DNA from: Wolbachia endosymbiont of Cimex lectularius
Lineage (GTDB): Bacteria > Pseudomonadota > Alphaproteobacteria > Rickettsiales > Anaplasmataceae
Assembly: GCF_000829315.1 (NCBI RefSeq)
Contig: NZ_AP013028.1
Coordinates: 300,001-332,000, forward strand
Direction of reading: 5' to 3'
Length of the DNA stretch: 32,000 nt
Below the pieces are notes generated by a model that searched no databases, had not been told where the DNA came from, and saw only the letters and a program-made list of their open reading frames with translations. Positions 18,094 through 26,965 of this stretch are shown here, piece by piece; the first letter of the stretch is position 1, and the number at the start of each line of letters is the position of its first letter. Position numbers and translations under genes: made by a program.

Positions 18094-18265
18094 TTATTTA
18101 CCGTTTGCTTTTCATTCTGAAATTAACCTTATGCTACTCAGCACACTGCTTATTGTCAAGAATTTTGCAATATATTTGCAATCTATATCGCTTAAAGATA
18201 CAAAATAGTTGACTTTAAGTGTTTCATATAATACACTCACACAGAATTTATATTATTGTATAAGT

Positions 18266-18466
18266 ATGGCAAAAAAAAATGCTTCTTTGCTTGTTAAGCT
18301 AGTTAGTAGCGCAACTAAGACAACAAGCACTGGTGAAGAAAAATCAACAGGTTACTTTTATGTAAAAAAGCGTAATCCCAAAAAGCTTACTAAAAAATTG
18401 GAGTTCAGAAAGTATGATCCAGTAGTCAGAAAGCACGTATTATTTAAAGAAGAAAAACTAAAGTAA
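18266..18466 (+). CDS. rpmG: 50S ribosomal protein L33
   Basis: [16 protein letters not shown]...[37 protein letters not shown]. Start taken at the ATG at 18266 rather than the upstream TTG at 18209. Confidence 0.88.
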   Translation: MAKKNASLLVKLVSSATKTTSTGEEKSTGYFYVKKRNPKKLTKKLEFRKYDPVVRKHVLFKEEKLK

Positions 18467-18488
18467 TTTTATAAGGAAGTTTGTTATT

Positions 18489-18767
18489 ATGCAAGATTTA
18501 CAGCTACATTATCCCATAGTGATAGAATTGGACGATATAAAAGGTACAAAACTGAAGTTAATAAAGATTGTTGCATGGCTAATAAATAAGAGATTCAGAA
18601 CACAAAAAAAAGCAGCAGCCTTTCTAAAGATTGATCAACCTAAAGTATCTCAAATTAATAAGTTAAAAATTGAAGGGTTCTCTTTAGAATACTTGCTTAA
18701 CTTATTAGTTGCATTGGATCAAAACATACGCGTGAAAATAAAGTACAGTATCCATTCAGGGGCGTAG
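18489..18767 (+). CDS. XRE-family helix-turn-helix protein (HTH_37/antitoxin-like), solitary
   Basis: 92 aa. TQKKAAAFLKIDQPKVSQINKLKIEGFSLEYLLNLLVAL matches the XRE HTH plus the C-terminal helix seen in type II antitoxins. AAGGA RBS. Confidence 0.65.
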   Translation: MQDLQLHYPIVIELDDIKGTKLKLIKIVAWLINKRFRTQKKAAAFLKIDQPKVSQINKLKIEGFSLEYLLNLLVALDQNIRVKIKYSIHSGA

Positions 18768-18769
18768 TG

Positions 18770-19226
18770 AATATTGAAGCAAAAGTGGTGTCAGCTACTT
18801 GCATGACACCGTCTGCTACACAAATAAATCGCAATATTCGTACAGCTATGCGTTAATGGTAGAAATTTTAGAGAGAAGTTCTATACACAATCACTGACAT
18901 TTTTCCCTAGGTTGACGCCATTGTCTGTTCAGCGGAATGGTAAAATGAGATAGACAAGATGCTCTAAAAAAGTAATCATATAGTAAAAGTGAGTTTACAA
19001 CAAAGGGTGTTATCCCAGTGTCGGAGCACTGGGATAACACCCTTTCCATAATCATCAAAACGTCGTATTTTAACATAAAACAGCTACTTTTATACTCACC
19101 AACTTAATAAAATTCCTGGATGCCAGGGTCAGCTACTTGCATGACACCCTAGTGGTAGTCTCAAATCACAACGTTCGTATAGTTGTGTGTCAGCTACTTA
19201 CATGACACCACTTTTGCTTCAATATT
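18770..19226. repeat. MITE-like element (R2) bounded by 24-bp perfect terminal inverted repeats
   Basis: AATATTGAAGCAAAAGTGGTGTCA at 18770-18793; its exact reverse complement at 19203-19226. Inside are a 16-bp-stem hairpin GGGTGTTATCCCAGTG/CACTGGGATAACACCC (19004-19041) and the 110-bp core (19041-19150) shared with R1. Confidence 0.85.
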
Positions 19227-19266
19227 TACCATGCCCTTAAATATATACTTCTGGAATCAATATAAT

Positions 19267-19342
19267 TGGTGGCTGAGGAGGGACTTGAACCCACGACCAA
19301 GAGATTATGATCCTCCTGCTCTACCAACTGAGCTACTCAGCC
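19267..19342 (-). tRNA. tRNA with CAU anticodon (elongator Met or lysidine-modified Ile2), CCA encoded
   Basis: Manual cloverleaf: GGCTGAG-TA-GCTC-AGTTGGTA-GAGC-A-GGAGG-ATCATAA-TCTCT-TGGTC-GTGGG-TTCAAGT-CCCTC-CTCAGCC-ACCA. 76 nt, with one T:T mismatch in the T-stem. The G1:C72 pair argues against an initiator. Confidence 0.85.
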
Positions 19343-20635
19343 TAATTGAAGACCTTGTTATATATATGGTCTATATGCTTTGTATAATAAGCAAAATCAA
19401 ACAAAGATTCAAGTTTTTCAGAGTCAATAACTCCAAGCAAGGATTTGTCTTGTTTCAATTTGGACAGAAAATCACTGTTGTCTTGTTTCACTTTCATTGC
19501 ATTGCTCTGAACAATTTTATACGCTTCTTCCCTAGTTAGACCACTATTTACTAACTCAAGCAATACACGCTGTGAGAAAATTAAACCTTTTGCTGAATTT
19601 AAGTTCTTTTCAATGTTTTCCTCATTAATCACTAATTTATCTATTAAATCTGTCAATCGCACTAAAGCAAAATCCATTGTTATGCAAGCATCAGGAGCAA
19701 TACATCTTTCCACGGACGAATGTGATATATCTCGCTCGTGCCACAATGCAACATTTTCCAGTGCAGGAAACACATAGCTACGTATTAAACGTGAAAGTCC
19801 AGTTAGATTTTCACTTAAAATAGGATTACACTTGTGTGGCATAGCAGAGCTTCCCTTCTGCCCAGTGGAAAAATATTCGGAAACTTCGCCAACTTCAGTT
19901 CTTTGTAAATGACGAATTTCAACGGCAACATTTTCCATTGAACTTGCAATCACCCCTAAAATTGAAAAGAACGCAGCGTGCCTATCACGAGGAATTACTT
20001 GAGAAGATATAGTCTCAGGTATAAGTCCCATTTTTTTTCGCTACATATTCTTCAACAAATGGACCAACATTCGCAAAATTACCTACTGCGCCTGATATTT
20101 TGCAAGTTGAGATCTCCTTTTGTACATTAATTAGCCTTTGGTAGCTGCGTTTAAATTCTGCATAAAACCTGGCAAATTTTAACCCAAGTGTAGTTGGCTC
20201 TGCATGCATTCCGTGACTACGCCCAACGCACACAACCCCTTTGTAATCCTCAGCTTTTTTTTTCAACGCCGCAAGTAAGTTTTTTAGATTTTCAAGTAGA
20301 ATATCACACGACTCTTTCAGTTGCACAGCAAGACACGTGTCCAAAACATCAGAACTTGTCATCCCGTAGTGGAGATAACGAACATCAACTCCCACTTTTT
20401 CAGCAATGTATGTGAGGAAAGCTATAACATCGTGTTTTACAGTGGATTCGATTTCGTTGATCCGCTCAATATCAAATTCGATAGTGCCAGAAAGCCTTTC
20501 AGCAACATCATTTGGAACCACTCCTAACTCTGCTTGAGCCTCGCACGCTAATTTTTCTATTTTGAGCCATATATTAAACTTGTTATTTTCTTCCCAAATG
20601 GAAGACATTTCTTTACGACTATAACGAGGAATCAC
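19342..20635 (-). pseudogene. purB: Adenylosuccinate lyase split by a +1 A in a homopolymer (A8; A7 restores a ~430-aa ORF)
   Basis: The two adjacent ORFs (206 aa and 229 aa) are the N- and C-halves of PurB. The junction GCG AAAAAAAA TGG sits at 20031-20038. Strong AGGAGG RBS before the GTG start at 20635. The stop codon abuts the tRNA. Confidence 0.85.
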
Positions 20636-20834
20636 TAAATGGCCTCCTTTTTATTTCTAAGTATCAGTGGGCTTTGTTGCACAGCAACTAAAAAACTTGA
20701 TAGTTGCTGACAAAATTCATTATGAGATAGTCGTTTAACCATTAAAGAAAAAATATGTTACAAAAAATAAAAGTCAGCAACCAAAACGAATATAACAAAT
20801 TTTTCGAGGAAAGGGGACATATTTTTCACTTCGT

Positions 20835-21150
20835 TGATAGACTTCTCGCATAACTTGGGCTAAGCAAAAAAAAAGACAATAAAACCCCGAGTGGCGAGTT
20901 TTGACTCTATAATACTTTAAATTGGTGCTATAATAATCTACTGACGCTTAGTTCAAGCGCGATTTGGCTGAATGTAGAAAAAATGAAAAAGACATGCAGC
21001 CGCTATAATTTGATACAATCCGCCAAAAAATACCCCGAGTTTTTTACTGAATTTTGTCATTGAGCCTGCAGATCAAAAACAAGTTTTGAGTCAGAAATAC
21101 CCTTATTGCTATGGTAACGAAGTTGAAAGAATTTGTCAAGCAATTTTTTG
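20835..21150 (-). repeat. Promoter-bearing intergenic cassette, copy D
   Basis: On the minus strand: A-run, -35 TTGACA (21134-21139), 17-nt spacer, -10 TACCAT (21111-21116). 3' box GCACCAATTT...CGGGGTTTTATTGTC + T9 (20876-20899). Co-oriented with purB, which lies 240 bp downstream. Confidence 0.7.
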
Positions 21151-21424
21151 TAGCCCCCATGGTCTCAAAAACCAGCGTCACGCGCTGAAATGACAACAAG
21201 AGGGAAAAATCTACTGCAGTTAATGGTAATTTAATTAATTCTGATTAAAAATGGAGAGATCAGTTAATGATAAAACAAAAGTGGCGACATGCTGCTTTTT
21301 ACGGTGTGGGGCCGAGGGCAACTGTAGGGCATCGCTCTTGATGCTCTTTTTTTGGTGCCAAAAAGAAAATTTCAGATTATCATATACTTAAGGTGTATTA
21401 GTTGATTAGAAAATTAGTGAAAAA

Positions 21425-21766
21425 ATGCTCAAACACAGCGGCCCAAAGAAATTAAAGTCTATAATAGAAAACTATGCATTAAAATGCATGAAGAGTAAGC
21501 TGAGCAAAAATGAAATACGTCTTATTTTAAACTGGAGAAGCATAGTTGGAGAGGAAATAGCAGAGTGTACGAAGCCAAAAAAGATCTCGTATGCACAAAA
21601 TATAAATTCCGGTGTTTTGCATCTGGTAGTAACAAATGGCAGCAAAGCGCTGGAAATTCAGCATATGGTCTCTCTTATAATGGAGAAAATCACAATATTT
21701 TTTGGCTACAAAGCAGTATATGGTGTAAAAATTAAGCAGGAGAGTATTGACTATTTCGCTGTATAA
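21425..21766 (+). CDS. DUF721 (DciA-like) protein
   Basis: 113 aa. W..IVGE.IA..T.P......GVL.L.V.....A.E.... pattern typical of DUF721 proteins. Confidence 0.65.
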   Translation: MLKHSGPKKLKSIIENYALKCMKSKLSKNEIRLILNWRSIVGEEIAECTKPKKISYAQNINSGVLHLVVTNGSKALEIQHMVSLIMEKITIFFGYKAVYGVKIKQESIDYFAV

Positions 21767-21803
21767 GGTAATCTAAGTACATAAAATAACTTGGTATATT
21801 AAA

Positions 21804-22118
21804 GTGAGTAGAGTTTGCGAATTAACAAACAGGAAAAAGTCTTTTGGTAATAAGGTATCACATTCAAACCGTAAAACAAAGCGCACCTTTTGCTTAAATT
21901 TGTGCAATGTTACGTTGATGAGCAACATATTGAACAAAAAATTTAAATTTCGTGTAGCGTCGAGAACTTTGAGAACTGTGGATTACAAGGGCGATCTTGA
22001 CGCTTTTTTGCTCAACACAAGAACAGTTAAGCTAAGCGAGAAAGCACAAAAAATAAAAAGAAGGTTGAAAAAAGTTTTAGCAAAACAAGAGGTGGAACTA
22101 GCCGTTTCAGATGCATAG
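21804..22118 (+). CDS. rpmB: 50S ribosomal protein L28
   Basis: GTG start. [29 protein letters not shown] is the L28 N-terminal signature. 104 aa with a C-terminal extension. Confidence 0.9.
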   Translation: MSRVCELTNRKKSFGNKVSHSNRKTKRTFCLNLCNVTLMSNILNKKFKFRVASRTLRTVDYKGDLDAFLLNTRTVKLSEKAQKIKRRLKKVLAKQEVELAVSDA

Positions 22119-22974
22119 TAAGCCTACATGGCTCAGGGCAAAAGCTCCAACTGGTGAAATATTCAATGAGACCTTAAACACTGTCAAGTTGCATAATCTG
22201 CATACGGTGTGCGAGGAGACTGCATGTCCAAATATTGGTGAATGTTGGAATAAGCGTCATGCTACTGTGATGATTCTTGGTTCCGTTTGCACTCGCGCTT
22301 GCGCATTTTGCAATGTTGCAACTGGTGTTCCTGATAAATTAGATCCTCACGAGCCAGAAAACTTAGCAAAGGCGATAAAAAGATTAAACTTAAAGCACGT
22401 CGTTATTACCTCTGTTGACCGTGATGATTTACCAGATGGCGGAGCGAATCAGTTTATAAGGTGTATAGAAGAAATTAGAAAGATAATTCCAGAAACAACA
22501 ATAGAGATTCTGACTCCCGATTTTTTAAATAAGAAAGGAGCATTCGAAGCAATTGCTGTTGCCTCACCTGATGTCTATAACCACAATATTGAAACAGTGC
22601 CAAGACTGTATGCAAAGATAAGGCCAAGGGCTCGTTATTTTCATTCACTATATTTGCTGAAGATGGTAAAGCAAATTAATCCTAAGCTTTTTACCAAGTC
22701 AGGGCTTATGGTTGGTCTTGGGGAAACAAAAGAAGAAGTACTTCAGGTTATGGACGATTTACGCAGTGCCGAGGTTGACTTTATAACGATCGGTCAATAC
22801 CTGCAGCCGACTCCAAAGCATGCAAAAATCGATAGATATGTTACGCCAGAGGAGTTTGAGCATTATAAATACGTTGCTTACTCCAAAGGGTTCTTAGTGG
22901 TTGCATCAAGTCCACTGACTAGGTCATCATATCACGCTGAGGAAGACTTTAACAGGCTCAAAGCTTGTCGTTGA
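22111..22974 (+). CDS. lipA: Lipoyl synthase
   Basis: 287 aa. Contains both the CPNIGECW and the radical-SAM CTRACAFC cluster motifs. Overlaps rpmB by 8 nt. Confidence 0.95.
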   Translation: MHSKPTWLRAKAPTGEIFNETLNTVKLHNLHTVCEETACPNIGECWNKRHATVMILGSVCTRACAFCNVATGVPDKLDPHEPENLAKAIKRLNLKHVVITSVDRDDLPDGGANQFIRCIEEIRKIIPETTIEILTPDFLNKKGAFEAIAVASPDVYNHNIETVPRLYAKIRPRARYFHSLYLLKMVKQINPKLFTKSGLMVGLGETKEEVLQVMDDLRSAEVDFITIGQYLQPTPKHAKIDRYVTPEEFEHYKYVAYSKGFLVVASSPLTRSSYHAEEDFNRLKACR

Positions 22975-23118
22975 TTCTTGCATAACTTCTCCTTTAGTTA
23001 CGCAAGAAGTCTATCTCCACTTCTTCGAGTTAAGGTTGATTAGCTTTTCTTTAAGTATTATGTACTAAACCTTTAGTTTAAAAATATTTGTTTACAGTAA
23101 AATCTAATCGGAGGAAAT

Positions 23119-24978
23119 ATGCCGAGGCACATTTTTAACATCGTCTGTAGTGAAGATACAGTAGGTAACGATTCTAGGTATAAAAGGATCAAGCTTGTTG
23201 AAAATAAAGATGATGAAGAAAAAACAATAAAATTCTGTGGTCCTTACTTTGGAGCATATAGCATTCGCGAACGAGATGGAAAAGAAATTTTTGAACTATG
23301 GGTTGAGAAGGCAAAGTATAAACTCCGCGGAGATGATTTTTGTGATAGCTGGACAGATGGAGAACTTTACCAGAAGAAAGACATTCCGCTCAATAAGGTT
23401 AAATTAAAGGTAATACTTGATGAAGATTGTGAATATAAGATCGCTGTGTCTGTCGAAGACAGTCAATGGATCACTTTACCTAAATCATCATTATTTGGTG
23501 AAAATCTTAATTTAAAGAAATACTACAATCGAGAACTTAGTTTATTGAGAGGAGAAAATTTCTCATCACTCTCCAATGGTAAATATTACATACCGAAAGT
23601 TATGTACGGCCAAATAAAGATTTGTGAGTTAGCACCTTTTAGCTTTCCAAACTGTGATCGAGGCCAAGCTGAACTTGAGGGTTTCTCATATCCTTGGGTA
23701 AGTGTAAAAAATAATAAAATAGTTGTTGAAAAGAATGGCGAAGGTGAGCTTTTAATTTACTTTGCTGATGGAGATGGAATTCGTTCGACTAATATTAATG
23801 GGGGTACAAAAAATATTGTAGATTATGCAAACTCAGTTTTAAAAGCAGTATTGCTTGAAAATTCAAATATAAGAGAAGTTCTACCTGAGCTTGAGCTTGA
23901 TGATAGTGTGAACTTAGATAAAAGAAAGTTAAACTGCTTAATTAGCAAGACGCACAACGCAGATCTAGCACAAGTTGCTCAGGAATTGGTTACTAACAAA
24001 AAAGATGAGCTAGGAAAAGCAGTTCTGGAAGCAAAGGATAGTGATCAAGAAATCTTGGTAAACAGTTCTGTTTTGCAGGAAGGAGTGGCGAAAAAATTAA
24101 GAGAAAATCCGGGAAATGCAAAGGGTCCTAAAGGTGATAAAGGTGAAGATGGTAAGGATGGAGAAAGTCCATCAGCTGATGCTGTAGCTACTCAATTACT
24201 TACTGGTGAAAAAAAAGATACTTTGGTAACTGAAGTTTCAGGTAATCAGGTTCTAAAAGATGCAGTAACAACTGCTTTGAACAGTGATGATGGTTTTCAC
24301 AGTATTGCCAAAAGATCAACAAATGCTAACAACGCAAAGCAGAAATTTACTTTGCAAAAAGGAGAAAAATTATTGGACGATACCTATGAGGCAAATATTG
24401 TTTCAGATGGTAAGACCATAGCTACTCTACCAAAAATAGGTTACTACATGCTCAATGATCAGTTGGTCGTGCGTAATCATGTTACGAAAGAGGAGGTGGC
24501 TATTCCCAGAGATTTCCATTATTTAAAAGTTATTAAATTTGGCAGTGGTTTTAGCAGTGGTGATTATAAATTGACCTTTTGTAATGTACTTGGTAATGAG
24601 TTTTTTGAGTATAAAAAATATGACCCGCAGTATTCAAATGTTTCGGATGAATATAAGTTCATAAATTTAAATTGTGCGAAAAAAGAATATAACCCCAATC
24701 TCAGCGAGTTATTTGGCCATCGGCCATCGTTTTTCATTATAGAAGAACCTGATGAACCAGGCTCTCCAGGTCATTATCAAGCTGATGTGTTCGAATTAAC
24801 AAATAACAACAAAGGTAGGAAAATGGCTATATTAATTGATAAATTTTGCTATTTTAATGAAAATGATCAGTTTAAGTGTTGCAATTACCACAAAGAAATG
24901 GAGTGCCGTATTTATGATACTTCTGAAATCAATCAAGAATATAGGATAATAAGAGTTAATTTAACCATTCTCATATAG
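23119..24978 (+). CDS. Hypothetical 619-aa protein with a short collagen-like G-X-Y run
   Basis: Long ORF with a GGAGGA RBS 6 nt upstream. Central GPKGDKGEDGKDGES (5 G-X-Y triplets, about 24123-24167) sits between helical-looking segments. Cys-rich C-terminus. I recognise no family. Confidence 0.7.
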   Translation: MPRHIFNIVCSEDTVGNDSRYKRIKLVENKDDEEKTIKFCGPYFGAYSIRERDGKEIFELWVEKAKYKLRGDDFCDSWTDGELYQKKDIPLNKVKLKVILDEDCEYKIAVSVEDSQWITLPKSSLFGENLNLKKYYNRELSLLRGENFSSLSNGKYYIPKVMYGQIKICELAPFSFPNCDRGQAELEGFSYPWVSVKNNKIVVEKNGEGELLIYFADGDGIRSTNINGGTKNIVDYANSVLKAVLLENSNIREVLPELELDDSVNLDKRKLNCLISKTHNADLAQVAQELVTNKKDELGKAVLEAKDSDQEILVNSSVLQEGVAKKLRENPGNAKGPKGDKGEDGKDGESPSADAVATQLLTGEKKDTLVTEVSGNQVLKDAVTTALNSDDGFHSIAKRSTNANNAKQKFTLQKGEKLLDDTYEANIVSDGKTIATLPKIGYYMLNDQLVVRNHVTKEEVAIPRDFHYLKVIKFGSGFSSGDYKLTFCNVLGNEFFEYKKYDPQYSNVSDEYKFINLNCAKKEYNPNLSELFGHRPSFFIIEEPDEPGSPGHYQADVFELTNNNKGRKMAILIDKFCYFNENDQFKCCNYHKEMECRIYDTSEINQEYRIIRVNLTILI

Positions 24979-25057
24979 CTGACCAAGGAAAGGCTTTCCC
25001 ACATCATACCGCCTCAGTCTTAGCCGCTAACGCGTAGCGAAATGACGGTTGTCGGTG

Positions 25058-25530
25058 TTACTTTAGTTATAAATATTTAAAAAATTTACCAAGCGAGAAA
25101 AAAAGCAAAAGAAGCCCTGACCATTGTTTATCTTCAGTATTGGCGTTTTTTTAAGTCTTAAACGCTGCAATTTAGCGACTTTTAAACTGCAACAGACCCT
25201 TAGCTTAAGCGCTAAGAAACTTACTAAGCAGAAAAAAAGACAAAAGAATCCCGTGTTAGATTGTTCTCACTCTCTAATTCTGCAAATTGGCGTACTATAC
25301 TGTCTTAAACGACTTATAAACGCGTTTCAGCTTGTATAGGGAAAAACCTAGAAGCCTAGGTAAAATTAATAAAGACATAAGGTGCACATAGTGCAAAAAA
25401 TTAAACATAAGACACCAACCATAATACTCTTGTCGTTTAATCTGCACAGATGAAGATAACTAAATACTTCCAGTTACATGATAAAAGGAATGGCGAAAGT
25501 TGTCAAGCAGTTTTTTTGACTCTGTTTCTA
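25058..25530 (-). repeat. Promoter-bearing intergenic cassette, copy E (duplicated 3' module)
   Basis: On the minus strand: -35 TTGACA (25501-25506), 17-nt spacer, -10 TATCAT (25478-25483). Two 3' boxes: GGGATTCTTTTGTC + T7 (25232-25252) and GGGCTTCTTTTGC + T7 (25098-25117). The tail is identical in type to copies A, C and F. Confidence 0.75.
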
Positions 25531-25620
25531 TGCCGGTGTTAGCTACAAAGTAGGCTACCGTTTTTTATGCAAATGCAAGAGATCTATTGAAATACCCCTG
25601 CAAAACTATACTATTGATTA

Positions 25621-26754
25621 GTGCACTATAAATTTGAAACTATGGATATATTAGGCAAACTGGTAATCTTACTATCAGTTTTTTTACTCTCTTTTCCTTC
25701 ATATTCATATCAATTTAGAACCAAAGCAAACCAAGCAGTAGTCTTAGATTTAGCCTCAGATTCGTTCATCTTTGAGCATAATTCCGATGAAAAAATGGCC
25801 CCATCTTCAATGAGTAAGTTGATGACTTTATACGTGGCCTTCGATTACCTAAAAGCTGGAATAATCAACATGGAAGATAAGTTTCGAGTAAGTAGAAGAG
25901 CGTGGGAAAGAAAAGGCTCTTCCATGTTTTTGAGGGAAGGTCAATCTGTTACGGTGAAAGAACTACTCGAAGGAATTATAATAGTTTCAGGTAATGATGC
26001 TTGCATCACGCTAGCTGAGGGCATTGCAGGGTCAGAAGAGAATTTCGTAATGGAAATGAACGAAGTTGCGCATAACCTGAATCTAAACAACAGTCATTTT
26101 GTCAATTCAAGCGGGTGGCCGGATGAAAATCATTTTATGAGCGCAAAAGATTTGGCAATATTGGCGAAGAGGATTTTCACTGATTTCCCCGAGTATTACG
26201 ATTTATTTTCTGAGCAATATCTGACATATAATGACATTTTACAAAAAAATAAAAATCTCCTACTTTTTCACGATATCGGAGTTGATGGCCTAAAAACCGG
26301 CTATACAAACGCTGGCGGTTACGGAATTGTAGTATCTGCAAAACGAAACGATAGGAGAATTTTCGCCGTTGTAAATGGGCTGAGTACTGAAAGAGAGCGA
26401 ATAGAAGAGGCAAAAAGACTTATACAGTACTCCTTAAATCATTTTAGCACTAGGAAAATATTCGCTAAAGACGATGTAGTTGAGAAAATAAATGTTCTAT
26501 ACGGAAAAGACAGGAAAGTGCCCATCACAGTTGCAAACGACGTTACTATAACCTATAGCCGCAACTTGCATGATAAAATTAAGGTGCGTGTTGAATATAA
26601 AGATATGATACCTGCACCAATTAAAAAAGGGCAAGAAGTAGGCAAAGTTTTTATAGAAATACCGGGTGTTGAGCAGCAAATAGTACCACTTTATGCAGTA
26701 AACGACGTACAGGAATTAAATTACATAGAAAAGTTTTTTAGGATGTTGTTTTGA
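25621..26754 (+). CDS. dacA: D-alanyl-D-alanine carboxypeptidase (PBP5/6-type, DacA-like)
   Basis: SxxK (SMSKLMT), SxN (SGND) and KTG (KTGYT) motifs, plus a signal-like N-terminus. The start is either GTG 25621 or ATG 25642. Confidence 0.9.
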   Translation: MHYKFETMDILGKLVILLSVFLLSFPSYSYQFRTKANQAVVLDLASDSFIFEHNSDEKMAPSSMSKLMTLYVAFDYLKAGIINMEDKFRVSRRAWERKGSSMFLREGQSVTVKELLEGIIIVSGNDACITLAEGIAGSEENFVMEMNEVAHNLNLNNSHFVNSSGWPDENHFMSAKDLAILAKRIFTDFPEYYDLFSEQYLTYNDILQKNKNLLLFHDIGVDGLKTGYTNAGGYGIVVSAKRNDRRIFAVVNGLSTERERIEEAKRLIQYSLNHFSTRKIFAKDDVVEKINVLYGKDRKVPITVANDVTITYSRNLHDKIKVRVEYKDMIPAPIKKGQEVGKVFIEIPGVEQQIVPLYAVNDVQELNYIEKFFRMLF

Positions 26755-26965
26755 AGCTTAAATGGCGCATCATACCCAAAAGTGAGGCATGTGCAAAGAA
26801 GACGATACTAGCAATAAAGAAAACAAGAGAAAGGAAAACAACAAAGAGGACTAGTCCTTGCCCTACTGTATACAGAATGGCAATTTTTGCCGTTCTGTAA
26901 CTTATACCAATTCCACTACACAGAAAGTGAATAGACAACAGTGGAAAAAGTTATAACTTCATCCA

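Noticed and set aside
18209-18265. Upstream TTG start for rpmG, and the upstream start at 27662 for the prohead protease.
   Set aside because: The extensions add non-conserved residues. Family-typical N-termini begin at ATG 18266 (MAKK...) and ATG 27731 (MNKKFF...).
19183-19539. 118-aa plus-strand ORF spanning the MITE end, the tRNA and the purB 3' end.
   Set aside because: It reads through the complement of a well-folded tRNA and of conserved purB sequence, with no independent support.
21328-21352. Terminator-like stem GCATC-gctctt-GATGC followed by T7, in the purB/DUF721 intergenic region. It could mark the 3' end of an unannotated RNA.
   Set aside because: The stem is only 5 bp. I could find no recognisable ffs, ssrA, rnpB or 6S signature in 21200-21360, so the evidence is too weak to call.
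20640-21424. A retron, group II intron or other RT-associated ncRNA as an explanation for the structured non-coding DNA.
   Set aside because: No reverse transcriptase, maturase or intron domain V/VI-like sequence is visible in this window. The region is accounted for by cassette D plus hairpin repeats.
25124-25339. 71-aa ORF within cassette E.
   Set aside because: It lies inside repeat sequence, on the strand opposite the cassette promoter. The homologous regions of copies A and F do not keep the frame open.
26738-26938. 66-aa hydrophobic minus-strand ORF overlapping the dacA 3' end.
   Set aside because: It has two plausible TM segments but a TTG start, no RBS and a 17-nt overlap with dacA, and I recognise no homology. 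It was not called but would be worth a BLAST or proteomics check.
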